A stretch of 64,000 nucleotides of DNA from Candidatus Latescibacterota bacterium (GTDB taxonomy: Bacteria; Latescibacterota; CBDEFO01), in the NCBI GenBank assembly GCA_965248755.1, contig OZ252149.1:2048001-2112000 (forward strand), given 5' to 3'. The position numbers and the translations under genes are program-made. Below the pieces are notes generated by a model, which ran no database searches, was not told the DNA's origin, and saw nothing but the letters and a program-made list of their open reading frames with translations. Shown in pieces: positions 1-9,391 of this stretch (position 1 is its first letter; the number at the start of each line of letters is the position of its first letter).

Positions 1-2
1 CA

Positions 3-458
3 CTGCAGCGCATGAAGGAAATTGAGAACCTGGTGGCAATGAAATGGGAAGTTCCGGAGACGATGAATTACGAGGACATGGCGAAGTTCTCCGACCACTA
101 TAACATAATCTGCGACAGCTGGCGGCCGGTGGACAACCATAAGCTAGGGGGCCGCGGCTACATCGACTGGACGGCTGATGTGCATCCTCCGCACGATCTG
201 AAGCTCTGGGAACTCCTGGAGTCGAAGCAGTACGATGAGGCGGGTGCGATGTATCAGAGGGTGAAATCTGCGTTGCGTGACTTCGCCCAGAGCTGTACCA
301 AGTCAGGTGGACAGTCCCGGCTAAAGAAGGCGATGATGAAGATCATGGGGCGTCCGATGGGCGACCCGCGACCGCCCTCGATGCCTCTGAGTGACGATGA
401 GATGGGAAGACTCCGTGAGATCATGATAGGGTTCGGCTGGCCTGTCCCCCAAAGCTGA
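3..458 (+). CDS. Dihydrodipicolinate synthase (DapA/NanA)-family aldolase, C-terminal part; 5' end outside window
   Basis: Frame is open from base 3; 'IENLVAMKW' Schiff-base Lys context and C-terminal 'LKKAMMKIMGRPMGDPRPPSMPLSDDE'. Confidence 0.7.
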   Translation: MQRMKEIENLVAMKWEVPETMNYEDMAKFSDHYNIICDSWRPVDNHKLGGRGYIDWTADVHPPHDLKLWELLESKQYDEAGAMYQRVKSALRDFAQSCTKSGGQSRLKKAMMKIMGRPMGDPRPPSMPLSDDEMGRLREIMIGFGWPVPQS

Positions 459-531
459 GGGCATTGCTCAAACGAAAACCTGACACTGCGGGGAATCCAT
501 AAAAACGATCTCTGCGGCTATAATTGACAGT

Positions 532-586
532 GCCAGCGAGAACTCCATAAGTCCTGCTGCAAGGAGCCTGTCAATATCTGACTTTG
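532..586 (+). repeat. 55-bp direct copy of glyA coding sequence 2738..2792
   Basis: gccagcgagaactccataagYcctgctgcaaggagcYtgtcaatatctgactttg, 53/55 identical by eye. Confidence 0.9.
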
Positions 587-660
587 GCGATCCAGTAACA
601 ACACTGATACATTATCGCTGGTCTCATTAGCCACAGCTACTTGAATGAGGTGGTATTCTC

Positions 661-2571
661 ATGAAGCATTTGATTAATACTCTTTTTTTACTGGTTATGC
701 CTTCAATCACACCACTCCTGGCCCAAGCACAGATATTGCAATTTTCTTCCACGGCCGTACCAGCTGGCAACGGCCCACGCTCGGCAATTTTAATTGACCT
801 GGATCGCGACGGCAATCGTGATCTGGCCGTTGCAAATATACGTGGTTCAACGATTTTGCTTCTTTCAGGAGATGGCTCCGGCTCTTTTACACCTCAGGGT
901 AGTATTGCTACCATTCATAAAGCACCGCATGCCATTGCCTCTGGCGACTTTAATGAGGATGGTTTTCTGGATGCAGTCACTGCTAATCGAGATAGCAACA
1001 CGGTTAGCGTGTTTATGGGAGATGGTACAGGTGGCTTCCTCACCCCAACTTTCTTTGCGACCGGGGCAGGACCTCGCTGGATTGCGATTGCTGATTTCAA
1101 TGAAGACATGCACATCGATCTTGCAGTCACCAATCGTGATGACGACAACGTCACCGTTTTGTTGGGCGATGGAGATGGCAATTTTATGAAAGTAGGCGAC
1201 TTTTACACCGGTGATGGCCCGGTGCCAATAGAGGCAGCCGATTTTAATGGTGATGGCTTCATCGACTTAGCGGTTGGCAACGATCTCAGCGATACACTGG
1301 TGGTGCTGGCAGGAGATGGGGCGGGTAGATTTTCTTTAGAATCAGCGATTCCGGTTGGCAAGTCACCCAAGAACATCGCTGTAGGCGATTTGAATCAGGA
1401 TGGCATTTCTGATATCGCTGTAGCTTGTTTACTGGATGGGACGGTAACCGTACTTTTTTCCGATCAGCAGGGAAGTTTTACCGGCTCCTCCTATGCTGCC
1501 GGCGAAGGCTCATTTGCGGTCATCATCGAAGATTTTGATGGCGATGGTAAAAGTGATTTGGCGGTGGCCGATGGCGTCAATGATAACATTGCAGTGCTCT
1601 TGAACAATGGTATGGATAGCTTCGCTGAAGCGCAACTTTTCCCCGTTGGTTTGGCACCACATGCCGTCGTCTCCGGCGACTTCAATGGCGATGGTCGACC
1701 CGATCTTGCCGTTCCCAACACTGGCGATAACACGGTAACGATTCTACTTAACGAAACTCCGGCGCAGGAGTCCGTGCATGTAGTATCGGTAATTCAAAAG
1801 CTCTATTTGGATTTCTTTCCTGATCCTATTATCTCGCCTGCTGGTCAACCTTTGCGGCTTCTGGTCACCACTGATTCTCGTGAACACGTCAATCGTCTGC
1901 GCATTCTACCCTTTATCGATGCGACAGACATTGTGCGCGTAGGTGAAGTCATGACTGTCGAGTTCACGCCGCAAGATGTTGGAACCTACCAAATCCAGAA
2001 CATCGGTCACGGGTTTACGGGGGACATCATAATTGTTGAAGATTCGATTTCAGTCGATGCCAAGAAAATGGAACTGGGTCAGCAGGACGTTTCGCTCATT
2101 CACAGCAACGCACAAACGCAAATTTTCCCTTCTACCATTCGCGTGCTACGAGGTATTCCCCTCACAATTTACAATATCAGCCTTGATGACGAGCATTGGG
2201 TCAGTATTGAGCCTTGGATGACGGCTCCTCTTTCCATCGAACAGGGAAACGTGTTGCCGCGGGCTGTCACAACTTTTGAATTCACACCCACTGATACCGG
2301 GAGTTACGTCATTCAGCATACCATACACGGCTTCACGGGTACACTGATTGTGGAAGATCCCCTTATGACTGATGGTGGTGTCCCTGGCCTTGTCGGAGAT
2401 TTCGACGGAGATAATGAAGTAGGTCTTTCAGATTTTGTCCTTTTTCTGGATGCATTCGGGACGACGACCAGTTCTGCCGATTGGGATCCTACATTTGATT
2501 TGGATGGTAATGAAGAGATCGCTCTGTCCGACTTTGTGATCTTTCTGGATAACTTCGGCAGGACAAGATAG
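661..2571 (+). CDS. Secreted FG-GAP/VCBS beta-propeller protein with two cupredoxin-like domains and a C-terminal dockerin-like double EF-hand
   Basis: Signal peptide; 7 repeats of 'D(F/L)NxDG..D(L/I)AV.N'; two 'EFTP...GTY.I...HGFTG.I.VED' units; 'GDFDGDNEVGLSDFVLFLDAFG...DLDGNEEIALSDFVIFLDNFG'. Confidence 0.85.
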   Translation: MKHLINTLFLLVMPSITPLLAQAQILQFSSTAVPAGNGPRSAILIDLDRDGNRDLAVANIRGSTILLLSGDGSGSFTPQGSIATIHKAPHAIASGDFNEDGFLDAVTANRDSNTVSVFMGDGTGGFLTPTFFATGAGPRWIAIADFNEDMHIDLAVTNRDDDNVTVLLGDGDGNFMKVGDFYTGDGPVPIEAADFNGDGFIDLAVGNDLSDTLVVLAGDGAGRFSLESAIPVGKSPKNIAVGDLNQDGISDIAVACLLDGTVTVLFSDQQGSFTGSSYAAGEGSFAVIIEDFDGDGKSDLAVADGVNDNIAVLLNNGMDSFAEAQLFPVGLAPHAVVSGDFNGDGRPDLAVPNTGDNTVTILLNETPAQESVHVVSVIQKLYLDFFPDPIISPAGQPLRLLVTTDSREHVNRLRILPFIDATDIVRVGEVMTVEFTPQDVGTYQIQNIGHGFTGDIIIVEDSISVDAKKMELGQQDVSLIHSNAQTQIFPSTIRVLRGIPLTIYNISLDDEHWVSIEPWMTAPLSIEQGNVLPRAVTTFEFTPTDTGSYVIQHTIHGFTGTLIVEDPLMTDGGVPGLVGDFDGDNEVGLSDFVLFLDAFGTTTSSADWDPTFDLDGNEEIALSDFVIFLDNFGRTR

Positions 2572-2656
2572 CTTTACAGTTAGAGGCGGTTGTATTCGTA
2601 GAGACAACGAAGCTGACTTTGATGAGATAGGCTTATTTAAAAAGAGAGAGAAAAAG

Positions 2657-3916
2657 ATGCCTGTTGACATCAGCGACATAGAAAAGATAGTAAAGGATCA
2701 GGACGAATGGCGGGGGAGAAAGACGATAAATCTCATCGCCAGCGAGAACTCCATAAGCCCTGCTGCAAGGAGCTTGTCAATATCTGACTTTGCCCACCGA
2801 TACGCCGAAGGACATCCGGGAGCCCGCTACTATCAGGGCACAAAATATATAGACCAGATCGAATCTGTGGCATCAAAGGAACTTAAAGAACTTCTACACT
2901 GTAAACAGGCCGACGTCAGACCCATAAGCGGAAATCAGGCCAATATTGGAATTTTCTTCACCTTCCTTGGGGGTGGAGACGCCGTCATAGCCAACTCCAC
3001 AGATGCCGGAGGACACATCAGTCACAACAGGATAGGCGGCCTTGGGAGGCGGATTCAAGTCTCCGGGCAGAAGATAACGGATGTCAACCTGCATTTCTTC
3101 CCACTTACAGAGGATGGCTACCACATAGACGTGCCCAAAGCCCTCGACCTGATAGACGAAGTAAATCCGAAACTTTTGGTATTCGGAAGGAGTCTCTTTC
3201 TCTTTCCTGAGCCTGTAGTGGAATTCTTGGACATATCGTCAGAAAAGAGGATACCGATCCTCTACGACGGGGCGCACGTATTCGGGCTGATTGCAGGGGG
3301 GAAATTTCAGGATCCCTTAAAAGAAGGAGCGCACCTTCTAAGCGCCAGCACTCACAAGACCTTTCCCGGCCCCCAGAGGGGCGTGATCACAAGCGACCTC
3401 GACTCAGAAAGCGCATGGTGGAAGAGGGTTGACAGAGGTGTCTTCCCCGGATCGTCCAGTAATCATCATCTCCATACACTTCCCCCTTTAGTCGTGACCA
3501 TACGCGAGATGAAAGCTTTCGGAGCCGACTACGCCGGACAGACAGTATCCAACGCCAAAGCCTTGGCGAAAGCTTTAGATCAAGAAGGCTTCCACGTGGA
3601 GGCAAAAGAGTTCGGCTACACCGAAAGCCATCAGGTCGCCGTGGATGTCTCCCGGCTCGGCGGAGGCAAAATAGTCGCCCAGAAATTGGAGGAGAACGAT
3701 ATTATCTTAAATTACAATCTCCTTTTCGGAGACCCAGATCCCAGAAATCCAAGAGGGTTAAGAATAGGAGTCCAAGAGATGACTCGCTTTGGGATGAAGG
3801 AAGATGAGATGGGAAGAATAGCCAAACTGATCAAGGAGGCGGTAATAGAGGGCAAAGGCGTTAAAGGCGAGGTCAATAGCTTCCGGTCAGATTTTGCCAA
3901 GATATACTACTGCTGA
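2657..3916 (+). CDS. glyA: Serine hydroxymethyltransferase (archaeal-type)
   Basis: INLIASEN, YAEG..G.RYYQG, PLP-Lys motif STHKTFPGPQRG, VFPG..SNHHLH. Confidence 0.95.
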   Translation: MPVDISDIEKIVKDQDEWRGRKTINLIASENSISPAARSLSISDFAHRYAEGHPGARYYQGTKYIDQIESVASKELKELLHCKQADVRPISGNQANIGIFFTFLGGGDAVIANSTDAGGHISHNRIGGLGRRIQVSGQKITDVNLHFFPLTEDGYHIDVPKALDLIDEVNPKLLVFGRSLFLFPEPVVEFLDISSEKRIPILYDGAHVFGLIAGGKFQDPLKEGAHLLSASTHKTFPGPQRGVITSDLDSESAWWKRVDRGVFPGSSSNHHLHTLPPLVVTIREMKAFGADYAGQTVSNAKALAKALDQEGFHVEAKEFGYTESHQVAVDVSRLGGGKIVAQKLEENDIILNYNLLFGDPDPRNPRGLRIGVQEMTRFGMKEDEMGRIAKLIKEAVIEGKGVKGEVNSFRSDFAKIYYC

Positions 3917-4060
3917 GACAACATACAACAGAAAGTCTCGGGATTCCAAAAAGAGAGTTAGAAATTCCTTTTTGGACAGACAAAAATGTCTGTCCTACCA
4001 ACTACATTCTCTTGTGGTGGGTCAGACATTCTGTACTGCTTCCCAGGAAAGCGACACCAA

Positions 4061-4924
4061 TTAAGCAACCTGGGGTAGTAGATAAAATTGTTTTCTCCAC
4101 TCTTTTGGGGTCTTATATCCCAGGGATGAATGAAGCCTGTTCTTGTTGTAATTATCGATCCACTGAGATATGATCTTCTCAGCCTGTTCAAAGGATTCAA
4201 ACTTGTGAAGCCAAACACACTCTTGCTTGAGGGTCCTGAAAAAACGCTCTACAACACCGTTCCAATCGGGTTTACCACTTGGTATGTATTCCTGACGAAT
4301 TCCCCAATATTCGGTACTGGCCAAATAGGCCCGAGCCAAAAAGATGGAACCATTGTCAGAGCGCAAAGTGAGACCCTGGGGGACAGCCTCCTTGGAAGTG
4401 TATCGAGAGATCACGGCCCGATCCAGGGCATCTGTGGCCTCCAGTGCCCTCCCTTTTCGACTAAAACGATACCCAGGAACCTCCCGGCTTCCGTTGTCCA
4501 CCACCGCAATAAGAGGACACCAACCATCTTTTCCACAGTAAATCTTTGTCAAGTCACTCGACCACAAACTGTCGGGACTATCCACCACAGAACGCTTCTG
4601 GGCAACCTGTGGCCCCTTTCTCCCGGGACGATTCCACAGCTTACACTGCCACCCCTTAAGCTTCATTATCCTATGAACCTTCTTAACGTTGACACATTCC
4701 CCTTCCTTGAAACGAAGATGCGCCCAAACCCGCCTGTGACCAAATGCCTCTTCTTGGTCCAGTATCCCTCGAATACGAAAAGCAAGCTCCTCATCTATCA
4801 CAGGCTCTTTAACAGAAGAACTGACACCTCTATCCCTAAACCTATACAGAGTCGAACGATGCAAACCCAAAGCCAAAGCTACCACCTTGCGGGAATAGCC
4901 TCGACCCAAAAACCGCCCACTCAA
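4061..4924 (-). CDS. IS3 transposase OrfB (DDE integrase core); likely expressed as OrfAB by -1 frameshift
   Basis: WSSDLTKI, LRSDNGSIF, NGVVERFFRTLKQE, YN..RLHSSLGYKTP; -1 frame is open through the A8 run at 4938..4945. Confidence 0.95.
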   Translation of the reverse strand: MSGRFLGRGYSRKVVALALGLHRSTLYRFRDRGVSSSVKEPVIDEELAFRIRGILDQEEAFGHRRVWAHLRFKEGECVNVKKVHRIMKLKGWQCKLWNRPGRKGPQVAQKRSVVDSPDSLWSSDLTKIYCGKDGWCPLIAVVDNGSREVPGYRFSRKGRALEATDALDRAVISRYTSKEAVPQGLTLRSDNGSIFLARAYLASTEYWGIRQEYIPSGKPDWNGVVERFFRTLKQECVWLHKFESFEQAEKIISQWIDNYNKNRLHSSLGYKTPKEWRKQFYLLPQVA

Positions 4925-5232
4925 GGCAACCGCTTCGTTTTTTTTAGACGGGCTACCTCTTCGAGTATCTCCAACTGGAGCGTCAACTGCCCTACCTTGC
5001 GCTCCAACCGGCTAACCTCTCGCTCCTTCGGATCCTTGCGACCACGCCGAGACTTCAGACTCTCCTGGCCCCCTTCTAAGAAACTATCACGCCAAGCATA
5101 CGCCTGCGACTGGCTAATTCCATTCTTACGACACACCTCAGATAGATCTGCTCCTCTCAAAAGAGCCAACACAATCTCTCCCTTACGGGTCGCCGTCCAG
5201 CGCTTACCATCTTTCACTTCGGGGCTCGACAC
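4921..5232 (-). CDS. IS3 transposase OrfA (HTH plus leucine zipper)
   Basis: KRWTATRKGEIVL..SEVCRKNGISQSQAYAWRD; coiled coil 'EVSRLERKVGQLTLQLEIL'; GGAGGT RBS before GTG at 5232. Confidence 0.9.
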   Translation of the reverse strand: MSSPEVKDGKRWTATRKGEIVLALLRGADLSEVCRKNGISQSQAYAWRDSFLEGGQESLKSRRGRKDPKEREVSRLERKVGQLTLQLEILEEVARLKKTKRLP

Positions 5233-5314
5233 CTTGACCTCCCTTCTCAAACCCCAATTTGCGAAATATTTGTCGCTCTGTCAAGGGGAGCGGTATGATT
5301 CCTGTCTGACACCT

Positions 5315-5836
5315 CTACTTAAGTGTGCAAATATAAGGCAAATTTCTGTACTTCTGAGCGTAGTCGAGACCGTATCCGACCACGAACTTATCGGGGATCT
5401 CAAAACCTCTGTAGTCTATCTGCACCTCCTTTATCCTTCGGGAGGGCTTGTCCAAAAGTGCACAGACCTTGACGCACTTTGGTCTTCGGGAGCTGATGTT
5501 CCTGATGAGATAGCTTAAAGTAAGGCCGGTATCAACTATGTCCTCAACTATGAGAACATGTCTGCCTTCGACCGCCTCGTCCAGATCCTTTACCAGACGA
5601 ACTTCGCCTGAAGTCTCAGCGGAGCTTCCGTAGCTCGATATACTTATGTAGTCTAATTCTAAAGGGATCGAGATGGAGCGCGCAAGATCGGACATAAAGA
5701 CAGTCGCTCCCTTTAAGACGCCGATAAGGAGGGGATATTTACCCTCATAGTCACGCGAAATCGCCTCTCCGAGTTGGAGAACTTTATCTTGAATATCTTT
5801 CTGGGAGATGAGAATTTTGTCTATATCGTCAAACAT
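5315..5836 (-). CDS. hpt: Hypoxanthine phosphoribosyltransferase
   Basis: GVLKGA, VLIVEDIVDTGLT, FVVGYGLDYAQKYRNLP. Confidence 0.97.
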   Translation of the reverse strand: MFDDIDKILISQKDIQDKVLQLGEAISRDYEGKYPLLIGVLKGATVFMSDLARSISIPLELDYISISSYGSSAETSGEVRLVKDLDEAVEGRHVLIVEDIVDTGLTLSYLIRNISSRRPKCVKVCALLDKPSRRIKEVQIDYRGFEIPDKFVVGYGLDYAQKYRNLPYICTLK

Positions 5837-5846
5837 AAGGAGAGAG

Positions 5847-6032
5847 TAGGGGCGAACTCATGTGTTCGCCCAATTATCCATATTTTTCAGGTCTCCACAG
5901 TCATTGTAAGGGGGTTCACCCCGGATCCTCGATAGATTCAATCGGGGACTCGCCTTTTGACTCCCCCCTCCGAGGTTGCTTCGCTTCGCTCGCAATGACA
6001 AACGGCAGGGCGGACACACAGGTCTGCCCGTA
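5847..6032. repeat. Cluster of REP-like palindromes (GTAGGGGCG type, 21-bp element, TTGCTTCGCTTCGCTCGCAATGAC type)
   Basis: Hairpins at about 5847, 5927, 5972 and 6004; the same families recur across the window. Confidence 0.8.
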
Positions 6033-6041
6033 CCACCTCAG

Positions 6042-6070
6042 AGTATATCGTTCTGTGGGAACGTTGTCAA
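6042..6070 (-). promoter_or_regulatory. Sigma70-type promoter for hpt
   Basis: TTGACA-17 nt-TATACT on the minus strand. Confidence 0.7.
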
Positions 6071-6096
6071 GCGGATAATGGAGATCAAGTTACACT

Positions 6097-7197
6097 ATGA
6101 AGATTGATGCAGCCGAACTTGTATGGCTTAAGATGCCTCTAAAACATAACTTCGAGACCAGTTGGGGCAGGTACGACTCCACAGAACACCTGCTGGTGAA
6201 GCTGTTCTCTGGGAACCTCGTCGGCTACGGAGAGTGCGCCACATACGCCGATCCCTCCCACTACTTCGAGAGTTCATTTGTATGCTGGCACATATTGGAG
6301 ACTTACATACTCCCAGAACTTGTCGGCGCAGATATGGACGGGATCGAGGAGCTGCAGAGAATCTACAGTAACATCGCCTCGTACAAGATTGCAAAGACCG
6401 GGACAGAAGAGGCGCTCTGGCATCTTCTGTCGTTGAAGGAGGGAAAGCCCCTATATCAGCTTTTAGGCGGAACAAAAAGATCAATCGAATCGGGCGCCAG
6501 TATTGGGATACAGGATTCCATATTCCAGCTTATTGAGAGGATAGATAAATTTCACTCACAGGGCTACAAGCGCATAAAGGTCAAGATAAAGCCGGGCTGG
6601 GACGTTCAGATTATAAAAGAGATACGAAAGACCTTCGGCGACATTCCCCTTACAGTGGACGCCAACTGTGCATACAGCCCCGATCAGATCGATATTTTGA
6701 AGGAATTGGACAGATACCACCTAATGATGATAGAACAGCCCTTCCGGGAGGACGACCTCTACAATCACGCCCGACTTCAGAGCCAGATTTCCACCCCTGT
6801 TTGTCTGGACGAAGGGATACGCTCTGCCGAGGACGCCCTTCAGGCTATCAGATTCGGCAGTTGTATGGTGATAAATATCAAACCTGCAAGGGTAGGCGGA
6901 CTGTGGGAGAGCAAAAGACTGCACGATGTCTGCCAGGGCGAGGGAGTTCCGGTGTGGTGCGGAGGAAAGCTTGAGACCGGAATCGGACGGGCTCACAACA
7001 TAGCTCTATCGTCCCTGCCGAATTTCTCGCTGCCCGGAGACATCTCAGGCAGTGACAGGTACTACGATGAGGAGATAGTCGATCCGCCGATTGTATGCGT
7101 CAAAGGTCAAATAGAAGTTCCCCAGATACCCGGCTTAGGATTTGAGGTAAACGACGAGAGGATAGAAAAATACACTGTCAAGGGGGCTAAATTTTAG
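6097..7197 (+). CDS. menC: o-succinylbenzoate synthase / N-succinylamino acid racemase (NSAR/OSBS, enolase superfamily)
   Basis: KRIKVKIKPGWD, DAN, IEQP, LDE, NIKPARVGG, WCGG.LETGIGRA, PGDISGSDRYY. Confidence 0.9.
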   Translation: MKIDAAELVWLKMPLKHNFETSWGRYDSTEHLLVKLFSGNLVGYGECATYADPSHYFESSFVCWHILETYILPELVGADMDGIEELQRIYSNIASYKIAKTGTEEALWHLLSLKEGKPLYQLLGGTKRSIESGASIGIQDSIFQLIERIDKFHSQGYKRIKVKIKPGWDVQIIKEIRKTFGDIPLTVDANCAYSPDQIDILKELDRYHLMMIEQPFREDDLYNHARLQSQISTPVCLDEGIRSAEDALQAIRFGSCMVINIKPARVGGLWESKRLHDVCQGEGVPVWCGGKLETGIGRAHNIALSSLPNFSLPGDISGSDRYYDEEIVDPPIVCVKGQIEVPQIPGLGFEVNDERIEKYTVKGAKF

Positions 7198-7217
7198 ACT
7201 CCAAGGAGGTTCAACAG

Positions 7218-8435
7218 TTGAATCTGGATTTGACACATAGAACGGACGACCTCAAGAGCGACGAGCTCTCCATCATCGGATATATAGATAACAAGAAAGA
7301 CGAGATAGTATCGCTGCTAAAAGAAACGGTGAACATCAACAGCAGCTCTGATAACTTCGATGGCATAGCCAAAGTGGGAGAACTCTTCATTCCCCACCTT
7401 GAGGAGATGGGATTTTCCGTTCAGATTATAGAGTCCCCAAACGCCGCCAGACACATCGTAGCTAAATCCTCCTCTGACAACTCTCCCAGGATCTTGCTCA
7501 TGGCTCATCTGGATACTGTATATTCTAAGAAGAGCCCTTTTCAGAGATTCCAGAGGAAGGGCGACATCGCAACAGGTCCCGGAGTAGTGGACGACAAGGG
7601 TTCCGCAGTCGTTATGTTGTACGCCCTCAAGGCGTTGAAATCCTTCGGCGACCTGGACAATGCCGATATTTCCGTTATCCTCAACGGAGATGAGGAGATA
7701 GGTTCTGGATCGTCCAGAGAGATAATAGAAAGTGAGGCAAAAGAAAGGGATATCTGTCTGGCCTTTGAACCTGCCAGAAAATCTGGAGCCATAGTTAAAG
7801 AGAGAAAAGGCGGAGGGCGTGTAAAGATAACTGTCCGTGGGAAATCGGCACATTCGGGCATAAACCCCGAGGACGGGATAAGCGCAATCGAAGAGATCTC
7901 CCACAAAATCATCCGGATTCAAAGGATAACCGACTACGATAAACGTCTGACAGTCAGCGTCGGAAAGATAGAAGGGGGTTCAAAGGTGAACATCATCCCC
8001 GACGGAGCCACTGCCGAAGTGGATGTCCGCTTTATCGATGTAGAGGATGGAGAGGAAGCTTTAAAAAGGATAAGAAAGATCGTCGAATACTCATATGTCC
8101 AGGGCACTAAGTCGGATTTTGACGGAGGAATAACCAGACCGTCGATGCGCGAGACGGAAGATACAGCCAAACTCGTGGACTTCTGGATTGGAATCGGAAA
8201 GCTATTGAAAGAGGAGATAACCGCCGAATCCACAGGAGGAGGAGGCGACGCCAACTTTACCTCTGCACTGGGAGTGCCGACTATTGACGGCCTGGGTCCT
8301 GTAGGCGGAGATATGCACACCTTCGATGAGTACATAGAGCTTTCGACGCTCTATGAGCGCACAAAAGTAGCCGCAATAGCTATAAGAAGCCTACTTAGGG
8401 GAGGAGAAAATGTGTCCCTGTCTATCCCCGATTGA
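7218..8435 (+). CDS. M20-family metallopeptidase (carboxypeptidase G2-like; candidate desuccinylase)
   Basis: AHLDTV, GPGVVDDKG, DEEIGS, SAHSG, GGGGDANF, DGLGPVGG.MH..E; stop TGA lies inside the 21-bp palindrome. Confidence 0.9.
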   Translation: MNLDLTHRTDDLKSDELSIIGYIDNKKDEIVSLLKETVNINSSSDNFDGIAKVGELFIPHLEEMGFSVQIIESPNAARHIVAKSSSDNSPRILLMAHLDTVYSKKSPFQRFQRKGDIATGPGVVDDKGSAVVMLYALKALKSFGDLDNADISVILNGDEEIGSGSSREIIESEAKERDICLAFEPARKSGAIVKERKGGGRVKITVRGKSAHSGINPEDGISAIEEISHKIIRIQRITDYDKRLTVSVGKIEGGSKVNIIPDGATAEVDVRFIDVEDGEEALKRIRKIVEYSYVQGTKSDFDGGITRPSMRETEDTAKLVDFWIGIGKLLKEEITAESTGGGGDANFTSALGVPTIDGLGPVGGDMHTFDEYIELSTLYERTKVAAIAIRSLLRGGENVSLSIPD

Positions 8436-8464
8436 ATCTATCGGGGGGGAGTGGGGACTACTTC

Positions 8465-9391
8465 CTACATGTTTAGGTACTTCTGAAGATCGCCGACCCG
8501 ATAGAGAACGCCTAGATTCTCTCTTCTTTTTTCGTATTTTTCAACGACCGTGCTGTGGAAGTCGACCAGCACATAGCCGTTGTCGAAATAGTGTTGAAAT
8601 ATGCGGCGGGTCTTCCGTCTCCAATCTAAAAGCACATCAAATTTCCCCTGCTGCTTTATCGTCTGGAGGTCGCCGGGGATCTGCACGATTGCATAGGGAG
8701 TCTCCACAGCCAGGTCAATTTGATCACTGCAAACCTGATAATAACCCATACTATCGACCCTATTGACGACCACAGCTTGCCCCGATTCGATAAGCTCCTT
8801 TGGATTCGTTCTGTATGCCTGGGGAGCACAGGTGTGACTCCTACTTTGCAGGATACTTTCTACTCTCTTGCTTCTGATCCACCACTCAAGCTGAAATCTG
8901 TCCGCTATATCACCCTCATTCCTTTCCCCTGGGTTCAATGCTCCCTGGTAGGGGTCTTCGAGATACTCTCTGGCAATCCCGCCCAGGTTGGATACGTTGA
9001 GACTGGTATTCCCCCCCTCTAAGGGATCAAAGGTCCATCGAATTTCGTCAACTCCAGACAAACGGGCGTGTTCTCTTTGGGCAAGCTTCAGCTTGAATCC
9101 GACGCCCTTATTCCTGAACGTTCTATCGACCCCTAATATCTGAGAAAACTGATAGTATTTCTTCTTTTCGGGGTCCCAGGCGGAAAATGCAAGGGCAAAG
9201 CCGACCACTTTTCCTTTATATGACGCTATCTTGGCAGAGCCGCCGATCTTGCTTTGGATCAGATAGAGCTGAGGGGGATAGCACTCCCGAAAATCGGAGT
9301 AGCCCCAGATCGCCTTCTGGAGTTCTGGACATTCGACTCTGACCTGCTCGGGGTCCTGTATATCTGTTATTATGACGTCATCTTCAACCAT
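8465..9391 (-). CDS. GNAT acyltransferase (COG3375-like; candidate D-amino-acid N-succinyltransferase)
   Basis: SQILGV...RNKGVGFKLKLAQR, IRWTFDPL..N..LN..LG, DRF.LEW, WR..TR..F; ATG at 9391 preferred over TTG at 9421. Confidence 0.85.
   Translation of the reverse strand: MVEDDVIITDIQDPEQVRVECPELQKAIWGYSDFRECYPPQLYLIQSKIGGSAKIASYKGKVVGFALAFSAWDPEKKKYYQFSQILGVDRTFRNKGVGFKLKLAQREHARLSGVDEIRWTFDPLEGGNTSLNVSNLGGIAREYLEDPYQGALNPGERNEGDIADRFQLEWWIRSKRVESILQSRSHTCAPQAYRTNPKELIESGQAVVVNRVDSMGYYQVCSDQIDLAVETPYAIVQIPGDLQTIKQQGKFDVLLDWRRKTRRIFQHYFDNGYVLVDFHSTVVEKYEKRRENLGVLYRVGDLQKYLNM

Larger units (their letters stand above)
4032..5297 (-). mobile_element. IS3-family insertion sequence, 1266 bp, flanked by 4-bp target duplication ATTC (4028..4031 and 5298..5301)
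   Basis: Imperfect terminal IRs TGTACTGCTTCCC..GCGACA / CATACCGCTCCCC..GCGACA; orfA plus orfB; ATTC on both sides. Confidence 0.9.

Noticed and set aside
4130..5518. 462-aa plus-strand ORF
   Set aside because: Antisense shadow of the IS3 transposase and hpt; it crosses the IS boundary and has no recognisable motifs.
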